Source: Minisyncoccota bacterium
GTDB lineage: Bacteria; Patescibacteriota; Minisyncoccia; Phycocordibacterales; UBA9973
DNA length: 64,000 nucleotides
Direction of reading: 5' to 3'
Assembly (NCBI GenBank): GCA_041663005.1
Contig: JBAZRK010000001.1
Span: 28,976 to 92,975, forward strand
The position numbers were made by a program, and so were the translations under genes. Shown piece by piece: positions 53,691-63,732 of this stretch; the first letter of the stretch is position 1; every line of letters begins with the position of its first letter. Under the pieces are notes generated by a model. It saw only the letters and a list, made by a program, of their open reading frames with translations. It was not told the origin of the DNA and did no database searches.

Positions 53691-55511
53691 ATGTGCGGAA
53701 TAGTAGGATATGTCGGGAAAAAGGAGGCCTTACCAATACTCATCGCTGGGTTGAGGGATTTGGAGTACCGCGGCTATGACTCCGCCGGGGTGGCAGTTTT
53801 AGACGGTAATAAAATTAATCGCGAAAGGGAAGTCGGCAAAGTCGATTTCTTGGTGAAAAAAATTAACCGCAAAGAACTCCTGGGCAGTACCGGTATTGCG
53901 CATACCCGCTGGGCGACCCACGGTGGCGTTACGGAAAAAAATGCTCACCCCCACTTGGTTGGACAAAACAAACTCGCAATAGTCCACAACGGCATCATCG
54001 AGAACTATCGAGAACTTAAAAAAGAACTAAAAGATCAGAATTTGGATTCCGAAACGGATTCGGAAATATTGGGGCGATTGATTTATGAAAATTATCAGGG
54101 CGATTTACTTAAAGCAGTAAAAAAAGTTTTACGGAAAGTGCGAGGCACCTACGGCCTCCTTGTTATTCACGCCGACCACCCGGACCAAATCGTGGCAGCG
54201 CGCTTAGGGAGCCCGCTCGTAGTAGGAATAGGTGATGGAGAATACTATATCGCCAGTGACGTGACCCCAATGCTACCTTTCACCAAGCAAGTGACATTTC
54301 TGGACGATGGTGAAGTGGCAGATATAAATTTATCCGGTTTTAAAATTTTTAATCTAAAAGACGAAGAAATTGACAAGGAGGTCACGGAGATAGACTGGAA
54401 CACGGAGCGGGCGCAGAAGGGAGGATATGAGAATTTTATGTTGAAAGAAATTTTCGATCAGCCGACGGTTTTCGAAGATGCTATTCGCGGACGTCTCGAT
54501 ATGAAGGAAGGCACCGCGAAACTCGGTGGACTCAATATGACCCTTGCCGAAATGCAAAAAATAAACCGCATAGTCTTGATTGCTTGCGGTACAGCTTACC
54601 ACGCCTGTCTGGTGGCGAAATATGCCTTCGAGCGACTCTCTGGAATTCCGACAGAAGTAGATGTTTCAAGCGAATTTCGTTACCGCGACCCAATTTTAGA
54701 TAAGAATACTTTAGTTTTCGGGGTATCGCAGTCCGGCGAAACTGCCGACACCATAATGGCGCTTCGAGAAGCTCGCAGGAAGGGAGGTGTCACCAGGGGT
54801 ATAGTTAACGTCATAGGCTCTACCATTGCGAGAGAAACCGGAGCAGGGACATATATCCACGCTGGGCCAGAACTATCCGTGGCTTCCACCAAGGCCTACA
54901 CCAATATGGTCGCAATCCTTTTACTCTATGCGCTGGAATTCGGCAGAATAAAGCATACGACTTTCTCTACGGGTCAGGAGATGATTCAAGGGCTCCTCGA
55001 GATTCCGGAAAAAATGAATAAAATTTTAGAACAGTCTGACAAGATTAAATCTCTGGCAGAGAAATACAAAGGGTACAGCGATTTTCTGTATTTGGGCCGA
55101 GGGATAAACTTTCCCGTAGCCCTAGAGGGGTCACTTAAGCTCAAAGAAGTAAGTTACATTCATAGTGAAGCTTACCCTGCCGGTGAGATGAAACACGGAG
55201 TAAACGCTCTATTGGCGCCCACGCTTCCCGTTATGGCCATTATGACCAAGAATCAAATTTATGAAAAAATGAAATCGAGCGTGGAAGAAGTCCGGGCGCG
55301 AAAGAGTAAAATAATTCTTATCGCCAGTGAAGGTGATACCGAGGCGCAAGAACTAGCAGGGGATGTAATTTATGTTCCAAAAACAATGGAACTTTTAGAA
55401 CCACTCCTCAATACCATTCCTTTGCAGCTTTTCGCTTATCATATGGCCGTAGCGCTCGGTCGCGACGTTGATCGACCACGCAACTTAGCAAAGAGTGTAA
55501 CGGTAGAATAA
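53691..55511 (+). CDS. glmS: glutamine--fructose-6-phosphate aminotransferase
   Basis: 606 aa; MCGIVGYVG Ntn-glutaminase start; two SIS domains; C-terminal ...LAKSVTVE. Confidence 0.9.
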   Translation: MCGIVGYVGKKEALPILIAGLRDLEYRGYDSAGVAVLDGNKINREREVGKVDFLVKKINRKELLGSTGIAHTRWATHGGVTEKNAHPHLVGQNKLAIVHNGIIENYRELKKELKDQNLDSETDSEILGRLIYENYQGDLLKAVKKVLRKVRGTYGLLVIHADHPDQIVAARLGSPLVVGIGDGEYYIASDVTPMLPFTKQVTFLDDGEVADINLSGFKIFNLKDEEIDKEVTEIDWNTERAQKGGYENFMLKEIFDQPTVFEDAIRGRLDMKEGTAKLGGLNMTLAEMQKINRIVLIACGTAYHACLVAKYAFERLSGIPTEVDVSSEFRYRDPILDKNTLVFGVSQSGETADTIMALREARRKGGVTRGIVNVIGSTIARETGAGTYIHAGPELSVASTKAYTNMVAILLLYALEFGRIKHTTFSTGQEMIQGLLEIPEKMNKILEQSDKIKSLAEKYKGYSDFLYLGRGINFPVALEGSLKLKEVSYIHSEAYPAGEMKHGVNALLAPTLPVMAIMTKNQIYEKMKSSVEEVRARKSKIILIASEGDTEAQELAGDVIYVPKTMELLEPLLNTIPLQLFAYHMAVALGRDVDRPRNLAKSVTVE

Positions 55512-55528
55512 ATTTAACTCCTTTTTAT

Positions 55529-56158
55529 ATGAAAATAATACCCAGAGAGAATGCGGAGAATTACTCACTGCCTTTACCCATTTTTAAATCCCTTCATATT
55601 GCGAATGCGATCTCAAAAGAGGGTAAGGAATTCGATGTACTGGTTGGTCTCGATAAAAAATATGTTGACCAGATGCGTGAGCTTTCTGCTTCTGAGGGCG
55701 ATACTGATTTACAGAATTTTACAGGCGACAGAAAACGGTTCGTGGAGGGAACCTATGAATATTGGTATAAGAAAAATCGTTCGATTTTTGCCTTGATTCA
55801 CAAACAGAATGATGACTTAGCGGCGATCATATGGTTCGGGCCAAAACCTCTTGGTAAGAAATCGCCGAAGTTTGGTATAAATGAAACGGAGATCAGTGAA
55901 GGTGAGCGCGATATGAAAAGCGAATGGCATACGATATCCTTCCGTTCTTACCCTAAATATCGCGGCAAGGGATTGATGAAAAGCTTCAGCCAGTTTGCCA
56001 TAGGTCTTTACAAGAGTCACTTACCTAATGCTAAACTTTGGACTGGAACCGACGACAGGAACGCAGCATTTATCCGGCTTATCACGGATTTAGGATTTAG
56101 CGTGGACGAAGAGAGTTCAGATTTAGGGGCGCATTGGCTTATTCTTAAGAAAATATGA
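55529..56158 (+). CDS. hypothetical protein, possible GNAT-fold acetyltransferase
   Basis: 209 aa; YPKYRGKGLMKSF resembles GNAT motif A (R/QxxGxG/A); otherwise unassigned. Confidence 0.4.
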   Translation: MKIIPRENAENYSLPLPIFKSLHIANAISKEGKEFDVLVGLDKKYVDQMRELSASEGDTDLQNFTGDRKRFVEGTYEYWYKKNRSIFALIHKQNDDLAAIIWFGPKPLGKKSPKFGINETEISEGERDMKSEWHTISFRSYPKYRGKGLMKSFSQFAIGLYKSHLPNAKLWTGTDDRNAAFIRLITDLGFSVDEESSDLGAHWLILKKI

Positions 56159-56169
56159 TAAGATAAAAT

Positions 56170-57126
56170 ATGCAACAAGGAGAAAAAATTCTAGTCATTG
56201 GGGCGTCAGGTATGGTGGGAGTTTCCTTAGTTTTAAAACTGCGTGAGAAATATGGCGGAGAGAATGTCATAGCCTCTGATATAAGAGAAGAGAACGCAGC
56301 CCTTAAGGATACTGGGCCTTATATAATCCTGGATGGTTTGGACGAAAATGGCGTAAAAGACATTATAAAAAAAGAAAAAATTTCCTCAGTGTATCTTTTA
56401 GCCGGGCTAATGTCTGCCGGTGCTGAGAAAAATCCGACCCTGGCCTGGAACCTTAATATGGGGGCGCTTAAGCTCTTACTCGACCTGGCGATAGAATTTA
56501 AATTTAAAATCTTTTGGCCTAGCTCAATCGCGGTTTTTGGACCAACGACTCCCCGGGACAATACTCCACAACACACCATACTTGAACCTTCTACTATATA
56601 CGGAGTTACCAAATACGCCGGCGAGCTCCTGTGTCAGTACTACTTTAAAAAATATGGGGTGGACGTGCGAAGTTTGCGTTACCCGGGGCTTATTAGCTGG
56701 AAGTCGGAGCCGGGGCCCGGTACTACTGAATATGCGGTAGAGATTTTCTATGGCGCCCTAAATGAGAAAAAGTTTACTTCTCCACTCAAAGCCGATTCAT
56801 ATCTACCTATGATGTATATGGAAGATGCTATCAGAGGCACACTTATGCTAATGGATGTACCAAGCGAACAAGTAAAAAACAGAATGAGCTACAATTTCTC
56901 GGCGATAAGCTTTTCTCCAGCCGAAATTGCCGCGGAGGTTAAAAAGCTTATGCCAGAGTTTGAAATCAAGTATGAACCGGATTTCCGTCAAGCTATTGCT
57001 GACAGCTGGCCGAAAAGTATAGATGATAGTGAAGCTCGCGCCGACTGGGGCTGGAAGCACGAGTACGATTTGCCGAAAATGGCGGAAGATATGATGAACA
57101 ATTTAAAAGTTAAACTAGGGAAATAG
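56170..57126 (+). CDS. tdh: NAD-dependent L-threonine 3-dehydrogenase (extended SDR / epimerase-like type)
   Basis: 318 aa; ILVIGASGMVG Rossmann, YGVTKYAGE catalytic YxxxK; immediately followed by kbl. Confidence 0.7.
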   Translation: MQQGEKILVIGASGMVGVSLVLKLREKYGGENVIASDIREENAALKDTGPYIILDGLDENGVKDIIKKEKISSVYLLAGLMSAGAEKNPTLAWNLNMGALKLLLDLAIEFKFKIFWPSSIAVFGPTTPRDNTPQHTILEPSTIYGVTKYAGELLCQYYFKKYGVDVRSLRYPGLISWKSEPGPGTTEYAVEIFYGALNEKKFTSPLKADSYLPMMYMEDAIRGTLMLMDVPSEQVKNRMSYNFSAISFSPAEIAAEVKKLMPEFEIKYEPDFRQAIADSWPKSIDDSEARADWGWKHEYDLPKMAEDMMNNLKVKLGK

Positions 57127-58352
57127 TGTATACAAAAAAATTACAAGATAGTTTAGAGAAAGATTTTGAAAACCTGAAGCAAGCAGGGAAGTTTAAGGTG
57201 GAGCGCGAGCTCGAGAGTGCCCAGGGCGCCGAGGTGGAAATTAAGGGAAAGGGCGTGCTTATGTTCGCGGCTAACAATTATTTGGGCCTGGCAAATGACG
57301 AAGCAATCAGGAAAGCTGCCGCTGAATCGATGAATAAATATGGTTTCGGACTTTCTTCGGTGCGCTTTATTTCTGGCACAGAGACAATACACAAAACGCT
57401 TGAAAAAAAGCTGGCGGAATTTTTAGGTACGGAAGACTCAATTTTATATTCGACTAACTTTATGTCGAATCTTGGATTTTTCGCTACCATAACCAACGAG
57501 GCTTTTGGCGGCGACGGCAAACACCTAGATGCGATTTATAGTGACGAACTTAACCACGCATCTATAATTGACGCCTTCAAGCTTTGCAAGCGAGAGAATG
57601 TCGTTAAGAGAATTTATCCCCACGGAGATGTCGCAGCTCTGGAGAAAATGCTTGAAGAAGATAAAGATAAGAGCTACAGATTTAAAATAATTGTTACCGA
57701 CGGGGTGTTCTCAATGGAAGGCTACCTTGCCGATTTGCCGAAACTTCACGCTCTCGCCGAGAAGTATGAAGCACTTCTGTTCGTGGATGATGCGCATGCT
57801 GTCGGGGTTTTAGGCGAAACAGGAGCTGGTACGCCCGAGCATTTCGGTCTGAAAGGCAAAATCGACGTTTTGTCGGGTACTTTCGGCAAAGCCCTCGGAG
57901 GTGCTGTCGGTGGATATATTGCAGGTAAAAAAGAAATTATCGAATTACTTCGCCAGAAATCACGCACCTATCTGTTTTCAAATTCTCTGCCACCATCCGT
58001 GGTCATTGCTTCTATGAAAGCGCTCGATCTCTTAAAGGAGCGACCGGAGCTTTTGAAAAAAGTAAAAGAAAATGCAGATTACTTCCGCACCAATGCCAAG
58101 AAATTAGGGTTTAATGTTCTAGAAGGCGAACACCCGATTGTGCCCGTAATGCTCGGGGATGCTGCCAAGACGCAAGAGATGAGCAAGAAACTTTTAGAGA
58201 AAGGAATTTTCGTCGTCGGGCTTTGGTTCCCGGTAGTTCCCGAGAACACTGCTCGTCTTCGTTTTCAAATTTCTGCTGCGCATACAAAGGAACAAATTGA
58301 CCGCGCCCTGGCAGTGTTGTCCGAGGCAGGGAAGGAGATGGAACTAATTTAA
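57126..58352 (+). CDS. kbl: 2-amino-3-ketobutyrate CoA ligase (glycine C-acetyltransferase)
   Basis: 408 aa; alpha-oxoamine synthase family (PLP-lysine region SGTFGKALGG); GTG start overlapping tdh stop. Confidence 0.8.
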   Translation: MYTKKLQDSLEKDFENLKQAGKFKVERELESAQGAEVEIKGKGVLMFAANNYLGLANDEAIRKAAAESMNKYGFGLSSVRFISGTETIHKTLEKKLAEFLGTEDSILYSTNFMSNLGFFATITNEAFGGDGKHLDAIYSDELNHASIIDAFKLCKRENVVKRIYPHGDVAALEKMLEEDKDKSYRFKIIVTDGVFSMEGYLADLPKLHALAEKYEALLFVDDAHAVGVLGETGAGTPEHFGLKGKIDVLSGTFGKALGGAVGGYIAGKKEIIELLRQKSRTYLFSNSLPPSVVIASMKALDLLKERPELLKKVKENADYFRTNAKKLGFNVLEGEHPIVPVMLGDAAKTQEMSKKLLEKGIFVVGLWFPVVPENTARLRFQISAAHTKEQIDRALAVLSEAGKEMELI

Positions 58353-58371
58353 GTTGTGATATACTCCCCGT

Positions 58372-58590
58372 ATGTTTAAAAATTTTTTAATGAAAAAGAT
58401 TCTTCGGCAGCAGGGTGTACCCGAAGCACAGATTGATGTGTTTATCAGTATGATGGAAAAGAACCCTGAGCTTTTTCAGAATATAGCCAAGGAGACGAAA
58501 GAAAAGATGGATGCGGGTATGGACCAGCAGACCGCATCGCTCGAAGTTACGAAGAAATACGAAGCCGAACTCCGAAAATTGGCAGAATAG
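58372..58590 (+). CDS. small hypothetical protein (72 aa)
   Basis: ORF followed by intrinsic terminator; no family recognised. Confidence 0.4.
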   Translation: MFKNFLMKKILRQQGVPEAQIDVFISMMEKNPELFQNIAKETKEKMDAGMDQQTASLEVTKKYEAELRKLAE

Positions 58591-58603
58591 ATTTTTAGAA
58601 TAA

Positions 58604-58636
58604 TAAAAAGCCCAGTAGAATGCTGGGCTTTTTTAG
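58604..58636 (+). terminator. intrinsic terminator
   Basis: aaaagcccagtagaatgctgggcttttttag. Confidence 0.75.
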
Positions 58637-58658
58637 TTTTCCACAGCTTGTTTGACAA

Positions 58659-58675
58659 ATACCCCCGGGGGGTAT
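58659..58675 (+). promoter_or_regulatory. CsoR-type operator palindrome ATACCCCCGGGGGGTAT between -35 (ttgaca 58652-58657) and -10 (tatgat 58675-58680)
   Basis: Perfect 17-bp GC-core palindrome matching known CsoR operator style (TACCC-N-GGGGTA); overlaps promoter of csoR-copA operon. Confidence 0.65.
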
Positions 58676-58687
58676 ATGATGGCTGTA

Positions 58688-58968
58688 TGCATACACACCA
58701 TTTAGATCAAGCATTAAAAAAACGGGCTCTGCATCGGGCCCACATTATTCGTGGCCAGATGGACGGACTTATTAAAGCTATTGAGACAGAAGTTTACTGT
58801 CCGCGATTATTGGAGCAGTCTCTAGCAATACAAAAATCGCTTATAAGTTTGGACGCCTATATGCTCGAGAACCACTTACGCACCCACGTAAAGCATATGC
58901 TCCACATGGGCGACGATGATAAGGCGGTCAAAGAATTGATTAAAATTTACAAGTTATCAAATAAATAA
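58688..58968 (+). CDS. csoR: CsoR/RcnR-family metal-sensing transcriptional repressor
   Basis: ~93 aa from ATG 58688 (ORF-track start 58648 lies within the promoter/operator); RIRGQ-like HRAHIIRGQMDGL, metal ligands YCPRLL..H..H..C pattern. Confidence 0.65.
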
Positions 58969-58971
58969 TTT

Positions 58972-61293
58972 ATGAGCTCACACAAAGTATACAAAGTAAA
59001 AGGAATGCATTGTGCGTCATGCTCGAGCATCATAGAGCGGACCGTGAAAAAGATTGAGGGGGTAGAAGAAATATCCGTAAATCCTGGCACGGAACAAGCC
59101 AAGATTTCTTTTGACAAAAATAAAACCAGTCCGGAAGTTTTTAACGAAAAACTAGAAAAGCTCGGGTATTCTTTCGTAATAAATAAAGATAATCACAACA
59201 TGCAGGGCATGTCCGCTCTAGAAATGAGTATGAGCGAAGATGAGCATGCAGCCCATTTAGGAATCAACCAATCTAAGGCGGAGAAGCTTGCCGAGCTGAA
59301 AGAAATGCGCAACAAAGTAATTTCTGTAATTCCACTAGCTATTTTTAGTGTATTTGTGATGGCCTGGGAAATTTTAATGAAATATAATTTTGTGCCTGAG
59401 ATGTCCGTTGTTTGGGAAGAATTTTTTCATCATTTGATGCCAATCATTGCCACATATGTTCTTTTCGTAGTGGGGAAGCCATACCTTTTAGGCTTTTACA
59501 GATTTTTGAAATATGGCAAAGCAAATATGGATACGCTAATAGGCATAGGTACATCTGTGGCATTCCTCTTTAGTTTTATCGTCACTGCATTTGAAGAAAC
59601 ACTCGCGCCCTATATCGATGTGTCGAGCACTTATTATGATGTGACTATAATTGTCATAGCTTTTATCGCGCTGGGGAAATATCTGGAAACTCGCTCCAAG
59701 ATGAAAACAGGCGATGCGATAGAGAAACTTTTAAATTTACAAGCGAAGACGGCACAAGTCATTCGCGAGGGCAAAGAAGTTGAAATACCCATTGAGCAAG
59801 TAATGCATGGAGATTTGATAATAGTAAAACCCGCAGGGAAAATCCCAGTAGACGGAGTAATTGTTTCCGGTGCTTCGTATGTAGATGAATCAATGGTGAC
59901 CGGTGAGCCTATGCCTGTCGGCAAAAAAGAAGGCGACAGTGTGGTTTCTGGAACGATGAACACTACAGGAGCTTTTACATTTAAAGCTACAAAAGTAGGC
60001 TCAGAAACTTTGCTGGCAAATATTATCAAAATGGTAGAAGAAGCCCAGGGAAGTAAAGCACCGATACAGGCACTTGCTGATAAAATTTCAAGTATATTTG
60101 TGCCCGTGGTTTTAGTTATTGCTGGTCTTACACTCGCCTTGTGGCTCATTATAGGTACGAAATATCTTGGGTTCGCACAAGCACTTTCATTTGGCTTGGT
60201 TTCTTTTGTGGGAATCTTGGTTATTGCTTGCCCTTGCGCGCTTGGGCTCGCGACACCGACAGCAATAATCGTAGGCGTGGGTAAGGGCGCAAAAGAGGGA
60301 ATTCTAATCAAAGATGCGGGGACATTGCAAAAACTTCATCAAGTAAATGCAGTAGTCGTGGATAAAACAGGCACACTTACTTTCGGTCGTCCCGAACTTG
60401 TCTCAATAAATAATTTTTCTAACAAAACAGACGAGGAGCTTGCGGCGATACTCGCAACCTTAGAAAATAAATCTGAACATCCTATTGCGCACGCTGTACT
60501 TAATTATGCCAAGGAAAAAAACATAGAAGTGGCTGCAGTGGAGAATTTTGAAATTATTAAAGGTAAAGGATTGAAAGGTTTTGTGGATGGAATAGAATAC
60601 TTCGCTGGAAACACAAAAATAGTTGAAGACTTAAAGATTACATTTAATAAGGACAGTATCGAAAAAGAAACACTTGAAGGTAAAACTCCTATAATCCTTG
60701 CGTCAAACAAAGAAGTGCTGGCTGTCGTAATGGTGGCTGATAAGGTAAAAGATGAAGCTATTGTCGCAGTGAAAAGTATGCACAAGCTCGGGATAAAAGT
60801 CGTTATGCTCACTGGCGACAATAAAAACACGGCAAATTATATTGCGAAGTTAATAGGCATTGATGAAGTCGTGGCAGAGGCAATGCCGGAAGATAAACTT
60901 AATAAAATAAAAGAACTACAAGCCGAGGGTAAAATTGTGGCTATGGCGGGAGATGGAGTGAATGATGCACCAGCGCTCGCGCAAGCAGATGTAGGCATAG
61001 CTATGGCGACGGGTACGGATGTGGCGATAGAGAGTGCAGGAATTACACTCCTTGGTGGAGATATTTCCAAACTTGTAAAAGCGATAAAGCTTTCGAAAAT
61101 AACAATGCGGGGCATAAAGCAAAACCTTTTCTGGGCTTTCGCGTATAATGTAATAGGTATACCACTTGCAGCAGGATTGTTCTATCCGATATTTGGCTGG
61201 TTACTCTCGCCAGTGTTCGCTGGCTTTGCGATGGCGATGTCTTCTGTTTCCGTGGTCGGGAATTCATTACGAATTAAAACTAAGAAATTATAA
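58972..61293 (+). CDS. copA: copper-translocating P1B-type ATPase
   Basis: 773 aa; N-terminal HMA (GMHCASCSS), TGEP, CPC ([11 protein letters not shown]), [17 protein letters not shown]. Confidence 0.9.
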   Translation: MSSHKVYKVKGMHCASCSSIIERTVKKIEGVEEISVNPGTEQAKISFDKNKTSPEVFNEKLEKLGYSFVINKDNHNMQGMSALEMSMSEDEHAAHLGINQSKAEKLAELKEMRNKVISVIPLAIFSVFVMAWEILMKYNFVPEMSVVWEEFFHHLMPIIATYVLFVVGKPYLLGFYRFLKYGKANMDTLIGIGTSVAFLFSFIVTAFEETLAPYIDVSSTYYDVTIIVIAFIALGKYLETRSKMKTGDAIEKLLNLQAKTAQVIREGKEVEIPIEQVMHGDLIIVKPAGKIPVDGVIVSGASYVDESMVTGEPMPVGKKEGDSVVSGTMNTTGAFTFKATKVGSETLLANIIKMVEEAQGSKAPIQALADKISSIFVPVVLVIAGLTLALWLIIGTKYLGFAQALSFGLVSFVGILVIACPCALGLATPTAIIVGVGKGAKEGILIKDAGTLQKLHQVNAVVVDKTGTLTFGRPELVSINNFSNKTDEELAAILATLENKSEHPIAHAVLNYAKEKNIEVAAVENFEIIKGKGLKGFVDGIEYFAGNTKIVEDLKITFNKDSIEKETLEGKTPIILASNKEVLAVVMVADKVKDEAIVAVKSMHKLGIKVVMLTGDNKNTANYIAKLIGIDEVVAEAMPEDKLNKIKELQAEGKIVAMAGDGVNDAPALAQADVGIAMATGTDVAIESAGITLLGGDISKLVKAIKLSKITMRGIKQNLFWAFAYNVIGIPLAAGLFYPIFGWLLSPVFAGFAMAMSSVSVVGNSLRIKTKKL

Positions 61294-61294
61294 T

Positions 61295-62302
61295 ATGAAA
61301 AAATATACACTACATGTTTCAGGAACACATTGTGCATCTTGTAAAATTTTGATTGAAGATGTTTTAGGAGAGCAGGATTTTATTGGGAAGGTGGACGTTA
61401 ACTTAAAGAAACAGACAGTTGATGTAGAAACCGAAAGCGAGAAAAGTATTGAAGATATTGCGGAACTTTTGACGAGTAAAATAAAACCGAATGGTTATAC
61501 TCTTTCAGTAGAAAAAATCACAGTAGAAAAAACCCCTGATGATGTTATCTGGAAAGCTATACCGATAGGCTTAATATTCCTAGGATTGTTTTTTATCCTT
61601 CAAAAATCAGGGATACTCAACTTCGGCCTGGGGGGAACAACGACGCCAACGGCAAGCTTTATCATCGGGCTCATCGCGTCTGTTTCTAGCTGTTTAGCTG
61701 TGGTGGGAGGATTGGTCCTGTCTCTGTCTGCAAAAATTTCTGAAGATGATGTTAGTGACAAGAAAACATTTTTGCTTTTCCATTTTGGAAGAATAGCGAG
61801 CTTCGCTCTGCTTGGAGGATTATTGGGGCTCTTAGGTAATGCAATAGGTATAAATTTCACATTCACTGCAATTCTCGGGCTTCTGGCGTCGCTCATTATG
61901 CTTTTCCTTGGTTTGAACCTGATGGGGGTGTTATCGAAAAATAAAATAACTTTGCCATCTGGAATATTTAATTTTTTCAGAAAAGTTGAACACAAGACCC
62001 TCACTCCATTAATTATTGGCTTTGCAACTTTCTTCCTACCGTGTGGATTCACACAGTCAATGCAATTTGTGGCACTTTCGAGCGGCTCGTTTATGGGTGG
62101 AATGTTGGTTATGTTTGCTTTCGCGCTAGGCACCTTGCCCGTCTTGGCGCTTCTGTCTTTTGGATCGGCGTCCTTTGCGCATTCAAAGCACGCGCCACTA
62201 TTCTTTAAATCTGCAGGAGTAGTAGTGGTGGGCCTAGGGTTGTTTGCTTTCATAGCTGGTCTAGCTGGTCTTGGAATTATTCCTCCACTCTTTAATATTT
62301 AA
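61295..62302 (+). CDS. HMA-domain-fused polytopic membrane protein (TauE/SafE- or DsbD-like permease fold)
   Basis: 335 aa from ATG 61295 (upstream in-frame extension overlaps copA); N-terminal GTHCASCKILIE metal-binding domain then ~8 TM helices with conserved FLPCGF. Confidence 0.6.
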   Translation: MKKYTLHVSGTHCASCKILIEDVLGEQDFIGKVDVNLKKQTVDVETESEKSIEDIAELLTSKIKPNGYTLSVEKITVEKTPDDVIWKAIPIGLIFLGLFFILQKSGILNFGLGGTTTPTASFIIGLIASVSSCLAVVGGLVLSLSAKISEDDVSDKKTFLLFHFGRIASFALLGGLLGLLGNAIGINFTFTAILGLLASLIMLFLGLNLMGVLSKNKITLPSGIFNFFRKVEHKTLTPLIIGFATFFLPCGFTQSMQFVALSSGSFMGGMLVMFAFALGTLPVLALLSFGSASFAHSKHAPLFFKSAGVVVVGLGLFAFIAGLAGLGIIPPLFNI

Positions 62303-62320
62303 CTTGCTATAATATATCTT

Positions 62321-62707
62321 ATGAATAAAATTGCCCTTATAATCCTAAGTATTGCCCTGGTCATTGTTTTCGCGATTATTTTTTCTGGTGGTTCGAAGAA
62401 GCAGATCATTTCCGTAAATAATGTCGAAATAAAAGATGGGATACAGTACATACGTATAGACGCGAAAGGAGGATATTCTCCAGCGGTCACGCTAGCGAAA
62501 GCAGGTATTCCTACTAAGCTACTTGTTCAAACAAATAACACATTCGATTGTTCGGCGGCGCTAGTGGTAAGGGATGCAGATTTCCAGGGTATATTACCCC
62601 AGAATGCAGAAACCGAAATTGACCTGGGCATAAAACAAGCGGGGGAGAAAGTTGAAGGCGTATGCGGAATGGGGATGTATAATTTTGAAATAAATTTCGA
62701 GGTTTGA
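62321..62707 (+). CDS. membrane-anchored cupredoxin-like small protein
   Basis: 128 aa; N-terminal TM; C-terminal CSAALVV...GVCGMGMYNFEINFEV resembles cupredoxin_1-type copper site; tentative. Confidence 0.45.
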   Translation: MNKIALIILSIALVIVFAIIFSGGSKKQIISVNNVEIKDGIQYIRIDAKGGYSPAVTLAKAGIPTKLLVQTNNTFDCSAALVVRDADFQGILPQNAETEIDLGIKQAGEKVEGVCGMGMYNFEINFEV

Positions 62708-62737
62708 AAATAGTGGCCTTTCTGTTATATTGCTCTT

Positions 62738-63727
62738 ATGTCATTGTCCATCGGAATTGTTGGTCTGCCGAATGTGGGTAAGTCCACGCTTTTTAATGCG
62801 CTTACGAAAAAGGGTGTGCCCGCAGAAAATTACCCTTTTTGTACCATTGACCCGTCGGTGGGGATTGTTCCGGTGCCTGATGATAGGCTCTGGAAACTTT
62901 CAGAATTTTCAAAATCTAAAAAAACCATACCAGCAGTAATTGAATTCGTGGACATTGCGGGGCTTGTGGCGGGTGCTTCGAAAGGCGAGGGGCTTGGAAA
63001 TAAATTTCTCTCTAACATTCGCGAAGTTGATGCTATTGCGCACGTGGTGCGAGTGTTTGAAGACCCATCAGTGATTCACGTTGCCAATAAAATAGACCCC
63101 ATGTCTGACATCGGTGTTATAAATCTTGAGTTGGTGCTTTCTGATATGGAGGTTGTTTCGAAAAGATTGGCAGGACTTCTTCGTGATGTAAAAAGGGGAG
63201 AGAAAGAAGCGGCACTCGAAGAAGATATTTTAAGAAAAGTGGAAAAAGTTCTAGAAGAAGGAAAAATGGCGACCGAGGCTGGTTTGAGCAGTGATGAGAA
63301 ATTAAAAATAAAATCCTTAAATCTCCTTACGTTGAAGCCGATGCTCTATGTGCTCAACACTTCTGAAGCCAACGAAAACCTGGAAGTAAATGCTCCAGGC
63401 GCTTTTGTAAAAGTCGATACTGTGTTTGAAAAAGGATTTGATGATTTGATAAAAGAAAGCTATAAACTTCTTGGACTTGAGACATTTCTCACAACAGGAG
63501 AAGATGAATCTCGTGCCTGGACTATTAAAATTGGCTCGACGGCACCAGTGGCTGGTATGGCAATTCACACTGATTTCAAGGATAAATTTATTCGCGCCGA
63601 AGTAATAAACTGGCAAGATTTACTCAATACTGGTTCATATGCAGGTGCCAGGTCCAAGGGTCTCGTACGTACCGAAGGCAAGGAGTATATAGTTAAAGAC
63701 GGGGATGTCATTGAATTTTTAATCTAA
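62738..63727 (+). CDS. ychF: ribosome-binding ATPase YchF (Obg-family)
   Basis: 329 aa; IGIVGLPNVGKSTLFNALT G1, DIAGLV G3, TGS-like C-terminal domain (YIVKDGDVIEF). Confidence 0.85.
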   Translation: MSLSIGIVGLPNVGKSTLFNALTKKGVPAENYPFCTIDPSVGIVPVPDDRLWKLSEFSKSKKTIPAVIEFVDIAGLVAGASKGEGLGNKFLSNIREVDAIAHVVRVFEDPSVIHVANKIDPMSDIGVINLELVLSDMEVVSKRLAGLLRDVKRGEKEAALEEDILRKVEKVLEEGKMATEAGLSSDEKLKIKSLNLLTLKPMLYVLNTSEANENLEVNAPGAFVKVDTVFEKGFDDLIKESYKLLGLETFLTTGEDESRAWTIKIGSTAPVAGMAIHTDFKDKFIRAEVINWQDLLNTGSYAGARSKGLVRTEGKEYIVKDGDVIEFLI

Positions 63728-63732
63728 GAACA

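Noticed and set aside
58648-58687. ORF-track start of csoR at 58648
   Set aside because: This ATG lies on top of the -35 box and the CsoR operator palindrome. A start at 58688, just downstream of the -10, gives a protein of the usual CsoR length.
59634-60311. 225-aa ORF antisense within copA (also 60504-61115 and 61600-62253 antisense ORFs)
   Set aside because: Contained within strongly supported P-type ATPase / permease coding regions. No start context or motifs.
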